Shown here: positions 54,500 to 63,968 of the stretch, piece by piece
Position numbering within the stretch: the stretch's first letter is position 1
Layout of the letters: each line of letters begins with the position of its first letter
Source of the DNA: a phage
Direction: 5' to 3' (one strand)
Sequence record: PZ386955.1
Length of the DNA stretch: 64,000 bases
Made by a program: the position numbers and the translations under genes
Notes under the pieces: model-generated
Database searches by the model: none
What the model was told of the DNA's origin: nothing
What the model saw: only the letters and a program-made list of their open reading frames with translations

Positions 54500-55489
54500 T
54501 TAAACTTTATTTTCCCACCACTCTTTGTTATCTACATACCAATCAATGGTTGAATAAAGTTTTTCTTCAAATGTGCCTTTAGCTTTCCACCCTAATTCCT
54601 TTTCAATCTTATAAGGATTCACTTCATATCTTAGATCATGCCCAGGCCTATCTGTAACCATCTCAATGAGGCTACAAGCATCTGTTTCAGATGGATATAC
54701 CGCATCCATATAATCACAAATCATATAGATTACATCAATATTAGTTCTAGGGTTTCTGCTCCCAATATTATATGTCTCTCCAGATTTGCCTTTAGTTACT
54801 ACTAGGTGTAATGCTTCTGCGTGATCGTCAACGTATAGCCAGTCTCTTACTTGAAGACCATTACCATAAACAGGGATTGGTTTATTCATTAAGATATTTG
54901 TTATCGTCTTAGGTATTAGTTTTTCTGGATGATGATATGCTCCAAAATTATTTGAACAATTTGTTATAACTGTCGGAATACCATAAGTACGATGCCACGC
55001 TCTTACCAAATGATCGCTTGCAGCTTTAGATGCAGCATATGGACTACTTGGTTTATAAGGATTCTGTTCTGTAAACGGATAATCCCCTTCTTCCAGATCA
55101 CCATACACTTCATCTGTTGAAATATGATGGAACATTTTAAGATTTGATTTATCTCCCATTAAACGAACAGCTTCTAGAAGATTAAATGTCCCAACAATAT
55201 TTGAATTTATAAAAACACTCGGTGATGCTATTGAATTATCTACGTGACTTTCTGCTGCAAGATGCATTATATAATCTGGATTAACATCTGCCACAATCTT
55301 AGCAGTTAACTGAGCATTTGTCAAGTCAACACGACAAAACTTTACATTAGGTGTTTCTGATAAATTTCTAGGGTCTGAAGCGTAACCCCATTTATCTATA
55401 ACGTAAATATCATTCTTAGTGTTTTTAGCCAGGAAACGAACTACCGCACTTCCAATAAAGCCTAAACCACCTGTTACTAAGTATTTCAT
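54500..55489 (-). CDS. rmlB: dTDP-glucose 4,6-dehydratase
   Basis: [12 protein letters not shown] Rossmann, [15 protein letters not shown] catalytic YxxxK signature. Confidence 0.9.
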   Translation of the reverse strand: MKYLVTGGLGFIGSAVVRFLAKNTKNDIYVIDKWGYASDPRNLSETPNVKFCRVDLTNAQLTAKIVADVNPDYIMHLAAESHVDNSIASPSVFINSNIVGTFNLLEAVRLMGDKSNLKMFHHISTDEVYGDLEEGDYPFTEQNPYKPSSPYAASKAASDHLVRAWHRTYGIPTVITNCSNNFGAYHHPEKLIPKTITNILMNKPIPVYGNGLQVRDWLYVDDHAEALHLVVTKGKSGETYNIGSRNPRTNIDVIYMICDYMDAVYPSETDACSLIEMVTDRPGHDLRYEVNPYKIEKELGWKAKGTFEEKLYSTIDWYVDNKEWWENKV

Positions 55490-55683
55490 TTAGTCTCCTT
55501 CCAATTATTCCCTTCAGTAAAAATAATACCTTCATAAAACAACCATCTGGAACCTTTTTCAACAGGAACAGGAATCTCTTCTTCAGTAAAGTTATAAACC
55601 TCTCTAGCATCTTCTAAAAGTGATGCAAATGTTTTTGGACTTACTGTTACGCGAGGAGCATTGATCAGTTGATCTAGCATCAT
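55486..55683 (-). CDS. hypothetical protein
   Basis: Trimmed from 55776 to internal ATG after RBS AAGGAGGA, avoiding overlap with upstream gene. Confidence 0.45.
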   Translation of the reverse strand: MMLDQLINAPRVTVSPKTFASLLEDAREVYNFTEEEIPVPVEKGSRWLFYEGIIFTEGNNWKETK

Positions 55684-55696
55684 TCTACTATCCTCC

Positions 55697-56023
55697 TTAC
55701 CAAACGTGTTGAGAAATAATAGTTTCCGTTTCAATGTTATATTTTTCAAGAAGTTGTGCATAGGCTTCTTTTGCATTCTTATTTAGTTGCTCAAGATCTA
55801 CAGCTACACTTCCTTCGCCACCTTCTAAATAAATCCCATATATGCAATAAGATGCATCAGCGTCATAGAAAGGTGAGATACGGCTTAAATCAAGACCTTC
55901 TTGTAAGAACCAATTAAAATCTCCATCAAATTCTTCTTCAATTCTAGGATCTTCTCCTACAGCCTCTTCCCATTTATTAAAAGGTGCACCCTGTAACATA
56001 CGCCATTCAGTGGCAACTCCCAT
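55697..56023 (-). CDS. hypothetical acidic protein
   Basis: 108 aa ORF. Confidence 0.55.
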   Translation of the reverse strand: MGVATEWRMLQGAPFNKWEEAVGEDPRIEEEFDGDFNWFLQEGLDLSRISPFYDADASYCIYGIYLEGGEGSVAVDLEQLNKNAKEAYAQLLEKYNIETETIISQHVW

Positions 56024-56159
56024 TATCTTCCTCCTCTTCTTTTTCTTCCGTGTGAACGAAGCCTAAACCGTTACAATTCCAACACGGAATAAATTGTTCC
56101 ATACTAACAATAAAATTCCCAGTACCACCGCAGATAGGACAAATACTTACATCGTCCAT
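56007..56159 (-). CDS. small Zn-ribbon protein (50 aa)
   Basis: Not in track; RBS GAGGAG; CPICGG...CWNC. Confidence 0.4.
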   Translation of the reverse strand: MDDVSICPICGGTGNFIVSMEQFIPCWNCNGLGFVHTEEKEEEEDNGSCH

Positions 56160-56161
56160 TA

Positions 56162-56368
56162 TTAAAGCTCCTCAATCTTTTCTAACATCTGTTTTAACTC
56201 ATTCTCTGTTAATAGAATTTCTGTGATACCATCATAAGTTTCTACCATCAGAGTAAAACATTTCTCTCCATCTGAACATACAAAAGCACCACCTTCATCT
56301 TCTGTTAAGTCAGAATTAATATCTACATCAACAAAATCAATCATCTTTTTCTCCTTTGATAATTTCAA
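56162..56368 (-). CDS. hypothetical protein
   Basis: 68 aa ORF. Confidence 0.5.
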   Translation of the reverse strand: MKLSKEKKMIDFVDVDINSDLTEDEGGAFVCSDGEKCFTLMVETYDGITEILLTENELKQMLEKIEEL

Positions 56369-56555
56369 ACTTGGCTACACCATTAACTATAATATGACCG
56401 CAAGACATAACTCCTAGCCAATGATCACCATTCTTTTTTAAACGTTTGCCGTAAACATCACAGAAACCATTCTGTAATTCGGAAGCCTCATAAGAGGCTC
56501 CCTTTTCGAAAACGTCTTTGAAGTCAGAAATTAATCCAACACAAAGTAGTTTCAT
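56337..56555 (-). CDS. hypothetical protein
   Basis: 72 aa ORF. Confidence 0.5.
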   Translation of the reverse strand: MKLLCVGLISDFKDVFEKGASYEASELQNGFCDVYGKRLKKNGDHWLGVMSCGHIIVNGVAKFEIIKGEKDD

Positions 56556-57640
56556 TAAAAGTCTAACTCCTCGTCATCACTTACATCTTTATTTGCTGAA
56601 TTTAGTTTGTAAGCTGTAATTTGGATCTCCTGTGCTGCTGCTTGAATTTGATCTGGATTTAACCAAACATCCATCCAAGGCAGTGGACTTTTCTTCGGTG
56701 CACGGAATTTGTGTTTCATTTTCAGTCTGCGATAGATAGGCGCAGCATTGAAGTAAACCCAAAGTTTGAACAGCTCTGCGTTACCACCAACGATAATCCT
56801 TCCTTCACTAAACAGATAGTCACACCAATCTTCCTCTTGTCCAACTACCGTGTCAAGAATTTCTGTCAGAACGTCGATATTATCTTCGTATACTTTTCTC
56901 CAGACAGGATCTTTCAGCAGTGCATCAATAATAGCATAATCCATTTTAACGTGCAATAGTTCATCCAACATAATTTTTTGAATGAGTTTAGCTGCACCTA
57001 CAAACAGTTGCTGCTCTGCTAAGGCAAATGTTGCAGCAAAAGATGATATGAATTGAATGCCTTCCAGACCGATAAGTGCAATCATTCCTTTCAGAATCAG
57101 TAGACGAAGGTTATCATCCTTCTCAATCAGACCTAGAGCATATTTATGCCCTGCCTCTGCCAGATCACTCATTATCTCTTCAACTATACCCATCCTCTGG
57201 AAGATTCTTTCGTTCTCCATAATCTGATCGATAACTTCATTTGGATTAGGGATACACTGACGAATAATTTCAGAATATGTCAAAGCGTGTAAAACTTCCA
57301 TTTCTGATTGCTTCATCATCATTGCACATGCTTCGTTGTTGCTTAAAAATGGTGCAAACAAAGTGATGATTGATTTAGCAAGTGAATCATTTTCCCACTG
57401 GAAAGATAGGTTTTTGATCATAACATCATAGTTGCTTTTAGAACAAGCTACGAAATCTTTTCGTGTCTGATCTAAGTTTACTTCGTTTTCATCCCAGTCT
57501 TGCTGTTTTTGTAGTTTGTACAGACGATGCATTTCTGGGTATGTTACATTAATAGAATCAAAAATACCTAACTGTTCTCCCAAAAACACAGGGTAGAAAC
57601 CTTCTTTGTAAGTGTCGTTGTATAAGTTAATTGCTGCCAT
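56555..57640 (-). CDS. nrdB: ribonucleotide reductase class Ia beta subunit
   Basis: 361 aa; Fe-ligand/tyrosyl-radical region SEMEVLHALTYSEIIR; adjacent to nrdA. Confidence 0.85.
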   Translation of the reverse strand: MAAINLYNDTYKEGFYPVFLGEQLGIFDSINVTYPEMHRLYKLQKQQDWDENEVNLDQTRKDFVACSKSNYDVMIKNLSFQWENDSLAKSIITLFAPFLSNNEACAMMMKQSEMEVLHALTYSEIIRQCIPNPNEVIDQIMENERIFQRMGIVEEIMSDLAEAGHKYALGLIEKDDNLRLLILKGMIALIGLEGIQFISSFAATFALAEQQLFVGAAKLIQKIMLDELLHVKMDYAIIDALLKDPVWRKVYEDNIDVLTEILDTVVGQEEDWCDYLFSEGRIIVGGNAELFKLWVYFNAAPIYRRLKMKHKFRAPKKSPLPWMDVWLNPDQIQAAAQEIQITAYKLNSANKDVSDDEELDF

Positions 57641-57962
57641 TTAAATCCTCCACAATATCGTACATTGCTTTTATTGTATCAATGTGTTCTCTCTCCATAC
57701 CATGCTCTATGTAAGCCTTCTCTAATGCGTCCCATACACTCTTTGTGAGTAGCACAGTAACCTCTCCCTCATACCTTGCCCTGGTTAAAGCATACCAGGT
57801 AGCTATGGGATCATTGGAAGCCCATATTTCAACACTGGAAAATTGAAAACCTGCAATATAATGACAACACCAATCGAATGTAAAATCTTTACTATCTACC
57901 AGTGTATAATTTCCCCAGCGTCTTTGTGGTGTTGCCCCAGGTAATACAACTAATGTAGGCAT
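57627..57962 (-). CDS. hypothetical protein between nrdA and nrdB
   Basis: Trimmed to ATG (MPTLVV) after RBS AAGGAGG. Confidence 0.5.
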   Translation of the reverse strand: MPTLVVLPGATPQRRWGNYTLVDSKDFTFDWCCHYIAGFQFSSVEIWASNDPIATWYALTRARYEGEVTVLLTKSVWDALEKAYIEHGMEREHIDTIKAMYDIVEDLNGSN

Positions 57963-57975
57963 ATTCCTCCTTAAG

Positions 57976-57995
57976 AAAGGGGGACAAAGCCCCCT
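57976..57995 (-). terminator. terminator-like hairpin after nrdA
   Basis: Minus strand GGGGGCTTTGTCCCCC followed by TTTCTT. Confidence 0.5.
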
Positions 57996-58002
57996 AGTTT
58001 CA

Positions 58003-60264
58003 TTACATCTTACAAGCCTCACAACCGGATTCTTCATCCTCTTGAGCGAGTGAGGTTGCCGATTTTGTTCTGCTATTTAGATAGTACAAAGATTTACCAC
58101 CAAGTTTTGCAAACTGAAGAATATATTGCATTTCTGATTTAATGGATAAACGACCACCTTCCATCTTAGAATAGTCAATCCACTTATCACATGATGCACC
58201 TTGATCTAAGAATTTAGTCAACAGTCCATATGCTTCAGCCATATCTTTATCTGGTGTATCCCAAGCCGATTGGTAAATATCTTTTAGTTTATCGTAGTCT
58301 GGCACAATAAACAGAACATTACCCTTTTGGCTTTGTTTATAAACTATAGTATCACGTACAGGATACACAGAGTTAGTCGTATTACTTACAAGACTACTGG
58401 ACTCATTTGGAGCAATAGCTGCTAATACGCTATTTCGGATACCACCTTGTGCAATGATATCTTGTCGTAAACCTTCCCAATCCATTTTAAGTTTAAAATT
58501 GCCAATATCGTCTACAGCTTTAGCGTAGGTGTCAATAGGCAACCATCCTTCAGGCCATTTGGTTTTATGCATCCATTCTGCATTACCTTTCTCTTTTGCC
58601 AAACGAAGAGAAGCTCTTGCTAACCAATAATAATGTCTTTCTGCTAATTCGTGAATTAGTTTTTTGCCGTAAGGATCTGAATAAGTAACAAAATTACTTG
58701 CCAGATAATGTGCAAGGTTTGTAATACCTACGCCGATAGACCTACGTGCTTTAGCAGTGATTTCGTTATGTTTAAACGGATACTGCATTGTTTCAATAAC
58801 ATTATCAATAGTCAGAACGGTATAATATGCAACATCTTCATATTCTTCTGGTGTAACACGACCAGCTACAATAGAAGACAGGAAGCATAATGCCAATTCT
58901 TGATCTTCTGTATTCTCACCTGTGAAAAGATCAGTCATATTGTGAAATGCTTTCGTAGGTAAGAAAATTTCTTGGCACAAGTTTGACTGGTAAATAACAT
59001 CCTTAAACGGAGTATGCTTATTAGCATTATCCGCAAAGAACATATAAATACGTCCTGTCTCTGCTCTTTGTGTAATAATTTCTGCCAGAAGATCTCGTGC
59101 TTTTACAAACTTCTTCTTAATTCGTTTGCGACTAACTTTTTCATATACTTCTTCAAACTCTTCCTCGCTTTTATAAAGCGCCTCATAGAGTTCTGGTGCT
59201 TCGTCATAACTGACTAGCATCCAATCTTTACCTTTTGCTGCACGGCGCAGGAAAGCATTGTTTACTACGATAGAGTAATCAAGTTTATCTACTCGTTTTT
59301 CACTAACAGTAGTTGGGTTTTTCAAACGTACCAGATCTTCAAAATCAGGTTCTAGTATTGTAAACGTTACCGTTGCACTTCCACCACGACTGGCTTGTTT
59401 TGATGCTCCAACACTTGTTTCCATCCATTTCAGATATGGTAAAAGACCACCGTGAACGATACGGTTGTTCTTAACACCTTGTCCTGTAGCACGGGTTTGG
59501 AGGTTAACACCAATACCTGCATTATTCAATGTATATTCATGAGCAAGATAGTTAGCAATTGCTAAAGATTCTGCTGTATCATCTGCTCTAAACAGACAAC
59601 AAGAAGCACTACCTTTAATCTTAGTACGCAAAGTTGTTAAATAAGGCGATGGTAAATTAATCTTAAGATCACTTACGTAGGTATATAGACGTTTAATGTC
59701 TTCTACTCTGCGATCTTTTGGTTGAATTTCCATTACCTTCATTGCTACACCAATGAATAAAAACTGTGGTGATTCAAAAACAACATCATTGATCGCATCT
59801 TTCACAAGATACTTATCAACCATCTGGCGCAGTACGGAATAACCATAAGTTAAGTTTTTATCGTGATTGACAATTTTACCAATCTCAATAATTTCTTCTT
59901 CTGTATAATCCATTTTTCCCCAATAGCCTTTACTTACAGACATATTGTAGAAATCCAGGAGGGAGGGGATATTGTGATATCCCCCATGAGCCTGTTTATA
60001 AATCATACCAAGAAGTAACCGACCTGCCATATCACTATATGCCTGATCTTTCTTATCAATACATGCTGCTATCATAGCTTTATGTAAATCACGAGTAGGC
60101 ACACCGTCGTAACAACGTTTAACAGCTTCGAGTTCAATTTCAGACCAATTTAATTTACCAGCAGCAAACTCTGACCATTTACGAAGTTTTTCTGGATTAA
60201 ATTCTTCTTTCTTGCCGTTTGTTTTTGTTACATAACGGATAGATTTGCTTAGATACTGAGTCAC
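58003..60264 (-). CDS. nrdA: ribonucleotide reductase class Ia alpha subunit
   Basis: 753 aa; ATP-cone N-terminus, catalytic core (PSPYLTTLRT, SNLCQEI) and C-terminal Cys pair GCEACKM. Confidence 0.9.
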   Translation of the reverse strand: MTQYLSKSIRYVTKTNGKKEEFNPEKLRKWSEFAAGKLNWSEIELEAVKRCYDGVPTRDLHKAMIAACIDKKDQAYSDMAGRLLLGMIYKQAHGGYHNIPSLLDFYNMSVSKGYWGKMDYTEEEIIEIGKIVNHDKNLTYGYSVLRQMVDKYLVKDAINDVVFESPQFLFIGVAMKVMEIQPKDRRVEDIKRLYTYVSDLKINLPSPYLTTLRTKIKGSASCCLFRADDTAESLAIANYLAHEYTLNNAGIGVNLQTRATGQGVKNNRIVHGGLLPYLKWMETSVGASKQASRGGSATVTFTILEPDFEDLVRLKNPTTVSEKRVDKLDYSIVVNNAFLRRAAKGKDWMLVSYDEAPELYEALYKSEEEFEEVYEKVSRKRIKKKFVKARDLLAEIITQRAETGRIYMFFADNANKHTPFKDVIYQSNLCQEIFLPTKAFHNMTDLFTGENTEDQELALCFLSSIVAGRVTPEEYEDVAYYTVLTIDNVIETMQYPFKHNEITAKARRSIGVGITNLAHYLASNFVTYSDPYGKKLIHELAERHYYWLARASLRLAKEKGNAEWMHKTKWPEGWLPIDTYAKAVDDIGNFKLKMDWEGLRQDIIAQGGIRNSVLAAIAPNESSSLVSNTTNSVYPVRDTIVYKQSQKGNVLFIVPDYDKLKDIYQSAWDTPDKDMAEAYGLLTKFLDQGASCDKWIDYSKMEGGRLSIKSEMQYILQFAKLGGKSLYYLNSRTKSATSLAQEDEESGCEACKM

Positions 60265-60275
60265 TTCCTCTCCTA

Positions 60276-60536
60276 TTAATTATGCATATTTAGAACATCT
60301 ACATCATAACCGCCACGCATCTCATTATATAAGCCATTTGCGTATAGAAAACCTTCAAAATGATCTATACCTTCAAAACCTTTTGCCTTTGCTTTGCGGT
60401 CTGCTTCTTGTCTTTTTGGGGATAATCTTTTAGATGTATCAAGGATAACTGTTACATTGCAACCTAATGTTTCATCAAAATAGACTTCAATTTCACAGCC
60501 TTCATATTTATTACTTTCTGTCATTTGGCCTCTCAA
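60276..60536 (-). CDS. hypothetical protein
   Basis: 86 aa ORF. Confidence 0.5.
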   Translation of the reverse strand: MRGQMTESNKYEGCEIEVYFDETLGCNVTVILDTSKRLSPKRQEADRKAKAKGFEGIDHFEGFLYANGLYNEMRGGYDVDVLNMHN

Positions 60537-60947
60537 TTAGAATTCAGAATCATCATCTCGTGATGGATCATGTTCATTTCCGAAGTCTTCCATTTTGATA
60601 TGAGAGCTACCCCAACCTGTAAAATCTTCTTCTCCAAAGTGCAAAATATCTACACCTTGATAGATTCGCTTATATTTATAGTCTTGTCGAACTGGGAAAG
60701 TATACAATGTAGTATTTGCAAACACCACACGTCGATTGTTGTTACTACGAATATTAACACCACGTTCTACTGTATAATGTCCATCGGTAGACATACCAAG
60801 CATTACTAATGCTGCTCGCAATGTAGTGTTATGATACTCATGAGGAATTTTTCCTCCGTGCTTTTTAGCCATTTCTTTCCAGATCGGTGTAGCCTTAATG
60901 GTAGACATACTTACGGTCGCCCAAATGGTTGTATTAATTAGTGACAT
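60537..60947 (-). CDS. hypothetical protein
   Basis: 136 aa, RBS GAAGGAGAA. Confidence 0.55.
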   Translation of the reverse strand: MSLINTTIWATVSMSTIKATPIWKEMAKKHGGKIPHEYHNTTLRAALVMLGMSTDGHYTVERGVNIRSNNNRRVVFANTTLYTFPVRQDYKYKRIYQGVDILHFGEEDFTGWGSSHIKMEDFGNEHDPSRDDDSEF

Positions 60948-60969
60948 AAATTCTCCTTCTCTCTTTTAA

Positions 60970-61027
60970 GGAGAGCATAGCTCTCCTAACGTTAGCCTAT
61001 ACTACACGAATCTCAATTAAAAGTCAA
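60970..61027 (-). promoter_or_regulatory. PeSL-type promoter + stem-loop on minus strand
   Basis: Minus strand TTGACT-N17-TAGTAT then GGAGAGC-TAT-GCTCTCC hairpin and RBS. Confidence 0.55.
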
Positions 61028-61044
61028 CTATAATTTTAAGTTGA

Positions 61045-62016
61045 TCACCATTTTGTATGGTTAGTCAAAAGTTGACGATGTTGAATCCAACCACAGAAGT
61101 TTCCACTCCACAAACGATGTTTACGATCCATATGTGTAATACCTTCCTCCCAAGAAGAAGGGAACGGAGGCATATTAATACCATCTTTCTGTTGTTTTAA
61201 TCCTGACAGATCCATTTCTTTCATTGGCGTTGCCTGGTGTTCAAACGGAGATGCATGTACTTTTTGTCCAGACAGCAAACGAGAATAGATATCCAATGCT
61301 TTATCTTTAGTATCATTCAATTTACGATAACTTACCTGAGCGCAACAAGAAGCTGAAATAGCTTTTGCTTCCTCTTCTGTCAACATTTTCTCGTTGGAGA
61401 AGGTTTCACCCAAGAAATAACGGATCATACCAGTTTCTGGATCTCGATCACGATTAACGTAAGGTGTATGCCATTCCCCTGGGAAAAGAAGATATGATTC
61501 AGAAGATTCATACAGTTTTTTAATTTCTTTAGCAAGAGCCTCAATAGTAGGATCTGCATCAGCATCTACGCGCAACCACAAGAAGTTTTCTAGCTCTGTA
61601 GTGGTTACTACAGTCTTCATACGTTGGAATGGTTCTAGTAGGCGGTTTGCAACCTGTTTATGATAACCAGCAAGGGCAAACTCTTCTGCAAAACGTGCAG
61701 CACTTAGCGCAGCTAAGTCCCACCATTCTTTTGCAGTGTAACCTGCATCAATCAGGGCATCGTGATCTGTGCCTTTATCTTGCATACCTGGTTGGTTAGC
61801 ACCAAAACGATAAGGACGTGCTGGAGATTGCCGTACCATTTCAATTAGAGTTTTAACAGGAATAGCTCGACTTGATGCGGCATTACGAGAAAACAAACGA
61901 TGCGTCATCAATTCAGAGTGAATGATTCGGGGATATTCAAGTTCAAAGGTAACAATATCCTTACCTTCAGATGTTTGAGAGTGTGCAATAATTTTTGCTG
62001 AAATAGAATTTGTCAT
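61045..62016 (-). CDS. thyX: flavin-dependent thymidylate synthase (ThyX-like)
   Basis: ThyX-type motif THRLFSRNAASSR (RHR-x7-S-x-R with first R replaced by T); 323 aa, longer than usual. Confidence 0.7.
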   Translation of the reverse strand: MTNSISAKIIAHSQTSEGKDIVTFELEYPRIIHSELMTHRLFSRNAASSRAIPVKTLIEMVRQSPARPYRFGANQPGMQDKGTDHDALIDAGYTAKEWWDLAALSAARFAEEFALAGYHKQVANRLLEPFQRMKTVVTTTELENFLWLRVDADADPTIEALAKEIKKLYESSESYLLFPGEWHTPYVNRDRDPETGMIRYFLGETFSNEKMLTEEEAKAISASCCAQVSYRKLNDTKDKALDIYSRLLSGQKVHASPFEHQATPMKEMDLSGLKQQKDGINMPPFPSSWEEGITHMDRKHRLWSGNFCGWIQHRQLLTNHTKW

Positions 62017-62025
62017 TATTTCTCC

Positions 62026-62616
62026 TTAAGGTAGTAAAATACTTTCAATTTCTTCCCACTGATTATCTAAACCAGTGATAATTACATTAGGAAGTTTCTT
62101 TAACTCTTCCAAGTATGGATCTTCGTAAATAGTGTTGAAATATATTTTCAACGTTTCATCTGGAAATAGGACAAGATTTTCAGCCCTATCGTCAATAGTT
62201 ACGTCGCAAGGTAATAAGTATTTTTCTTTTGTTGCGAAAAAGCCATTACCAGATGTTCTACTAAAGTCCACTTTATCTAAAGATCGTGTTACGTGTCTAT
62301 ATTTAGAACTAAGGTGTCCACCCTTAGTGTGGCTTGCTATAGATATATTAGCTCCATTTGCAATTATACGATGAACAACATCTGTACTATTAGGTACTAC
62401 TCCCATAGTATCATATAGATGTTGGTTATCCCAAAAAGAGTAAGGATCTACACCAAATTGCTTTTTAAAATCGGGAAAATATTTCGTAATATCATAATGC
62501 ACAGTCTTATGTGCCTTATCAAATTTGATATTAGATCTACTTACCGCATTTAACCAATTTAACCATTCTATATCCGCAGGAGCTATTACTAAATCCCAAT
62601 CACATACTAGACGCAT
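62026..62616 (-). CDS. hypothetical protein, possibly HAD-like nucleotidase (weak)
   Basis: Trimmed to ATG (MRLVCDWDLV) after RBS AGGAGA; DxD near N-terminus and TIDDR near C-terminus; assignment tentative. Confidence 0.4.
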   Translation of the reverse strand: MRLVCDWDLVIAPADIEWLNWLNAVSRSNIKFDKAHKTVHYDITKYFPDFKKQFGVDPYSFWDNQHLYDTMGVVPNSTDVVHRIIANGANISIASHTKGGHLSSKYRHVTRSLDKVDFSRTSGNGFFATKEKYLLPCDVTIDDRAENLVLFPDETLKIYFNTIYEDPYLEELKKLPNVIITGLDNQWEEIESILLP

Positions 62617-63163
62617 TATTTCTCCTGTTATAACATTTTCTACACATCGTTTCGTAAATGTCTTCTCCCCCAATAACAATCTGTTCTTTAGAGTCGATAA
62701 GTCTAGCATTGAAAATAGCTTTTCTTCCACATTTACAAATGCTTTTCAATTCCGTAATTGAATCTGCTATGGCTAATAACCGTTCAGAACCTTCAAACAA
62801 TTCTGTAGCAAAATCTGTTTTAAGTCCATAGCAGAATACAGGAATATCGTAATTATCTACCACATCTCCAAGAATGTCAACCATATCTTTAGTTAGGAAT
62901 TGTGATTCATCCACAAATACTGCATCTACTGGATTTTCTTTAAGCTGTGTATAAATTTCCAGCATATCTTCTTTCGTTTTAACTGGTTTTGCTTCCTCTT
63001 TAATACCTATCCTAGAAGCAATAGCACAACCAGATCTGGTATCTAAAGCCGAAGTTAAAAGAAGAACTTTCATATTTCTTTCTTTATAGTTCCAAGCTGT
63101 TTGTAAAAGATGTGTGCTTTTACCACTGTTCATTGGACTATATCGGAAATAAAGTTTAGCCAT
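62600..63163 (-). CDS. tk: thymidine kinase
   Basis: P-loop YSPMNSGKST, VDESQF, CxCG...C Zn-finger; strong by-eye match to T4 Tk. Confidence 0.9.
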   Translation of the reverse strand: MAKLYFRYSPMNSGKSTHLLQTAWNYKERNMKVLLLTSALDTRSGCAIASRIGIKEEAKPVKTKEDMLEIYTQLKENPVDAVFVDESQFLTKDMVDILGDVVDNYDIPVFCYGLKTDFATELFEGSERLLAIADSITELKSICKCGRKAIFNARLIDSKEQIVIGGEDIYETMCRKCYNRRNNASSM

Positions 63164-63176
63164 ATTTTCTCCTCTA

Positions 63177-63225
63177 ACGCTCCCATTTGTGGGAGCGATA
63201 ATACTTTATTATTTCTCTTCGTCAA
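63177..63225 (-). promoter_or_regulatory. promoter + stem-loop upstream of tk
   Basis: Minus strand TTGACG-N16-TATTAT inside 3' end of upstream gene, then CGCTCCCA-CAAA-TGGGAGCG and RBS. Confidence 0.5.
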
Positions 63226-63784
63226 GAAGAATTTTTACTATTTGTTTTCTTCGCTTACTTACTGTACTTTCTGGTGAAATTCCGCGCTTCGTTAGCCAAT
63301 TTTTATCCTTTTTAGACTGGCATAAAGCTATCGCTTCTTTCTCCGCTTTTGCTTCCCTGAATGTCATATCGTGCTTGTCAGCATAAGCCAGGATAGCGTT
63401 ACACTGCTTACAAACTACACGCAGGTCGTCTTCTGTTACATACAATAGGCGTAAAACAAAACTTGGGATATCTTCATAACAGGTTAATGTACCTGCTGCA
63501 TTAATATGGTCTACTTGAAAGTCTTTCATACCTCCTGTATGTCCACACAATTCACATTTACAATTCCAAACCTGTTTCGGTTTGCCTGTTTTCTTATCTA
63601 AAACTACATTGCCATCTTTATCCAACCTATCGGCTTTAAATCGTACAGATTGGATCTTTTTTATCTTATTCGGGTGTCTCACCCATGCTTTCCTTAAGCA
63701 ACCCCTTAAATATGTATAAAAGGCTGCTTGAGTTTTCCAAGGTGTTCCATCTCCCCAAATAACTTTAGGTTCTTTATTTTCCAA
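63209..63784 (-). CDS. HNH endonuclease-like protein
   Basis: CKCELCGH...QVDHINAAG...CKQCN pattern typical of HNH nucleases. Confidence 0.55.
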   Translation of the reverse strand: MENKEPKVIWGDGTPWKTQAAFYTYLRGCLRKAWVRHPNKIKKIQSVRFKADRLDKDGNVVLDKKTGKPKQVWNCKCELCGHTGGMKDFQVDHINAAGTLTCYEDIPSFVLRLLYVTEDDLRVVCKQCNAILAYADKHDMTFREAKAEKEAIALCQSKKDKNWLTKRGISPESTVSKRRKQIVKILLDEEK

Positions 63785-63968
63785 TAGTGCTCACCTTTTT
63801 AGCTACATAATCTCCAGGTGGAATGTTATATTTAAAGAAAAGCATACGGTCTAAACCAGCCTTACACATATTTTCTGGGATTGTGATTGTATATAGGAGT
63901 TTATCTCCGCGTTTATTGTATATTTTATATACTTCACCCTCTCCGTATTGTTTACCGTGAGAAGCCAT
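63774..63968 (-). CDS. hypothetical protein
   Basis: 64 aa, RBS GAAGGAGAG. Confidence 0.5.
   Translation of the reverse strand: MASHGKQYGEGEVYKIYNKRGDKLLYTITIPENMCKAGLDRMLFFKYNIPPGDYVAKKVSTIGK

Noticed and set aside
56555-62016. Group I introns or inteins in nrdA, nrdB or thyX (common in T4-type phages)
   Set aside because: All three ORFs are continuous; nrdA and nrdB have typical lengths; no intron-like structured insert or internal homing-endonuclease ORF was seen. The extra length of ThyX is in-frame coding sequence.
40017-63386. Plus-strand ORFs inside the 39.7-64 kb minus block (e.g. 40254..40819, 41217..41399, 41845..42186, 42446..42700, 47186..47719, 48034..48527, 51545..51820, 52447..52668, 56711..56959, 58708..59217, 60570..60809, 62132..62761, 63189..63386)
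   Set aside because: Antisense to recognisable genes (sirtuin, dcm, recombinase, lysozyme, rmlD, nrdB, nrdA, tk and others); no RBS or conservation signal.
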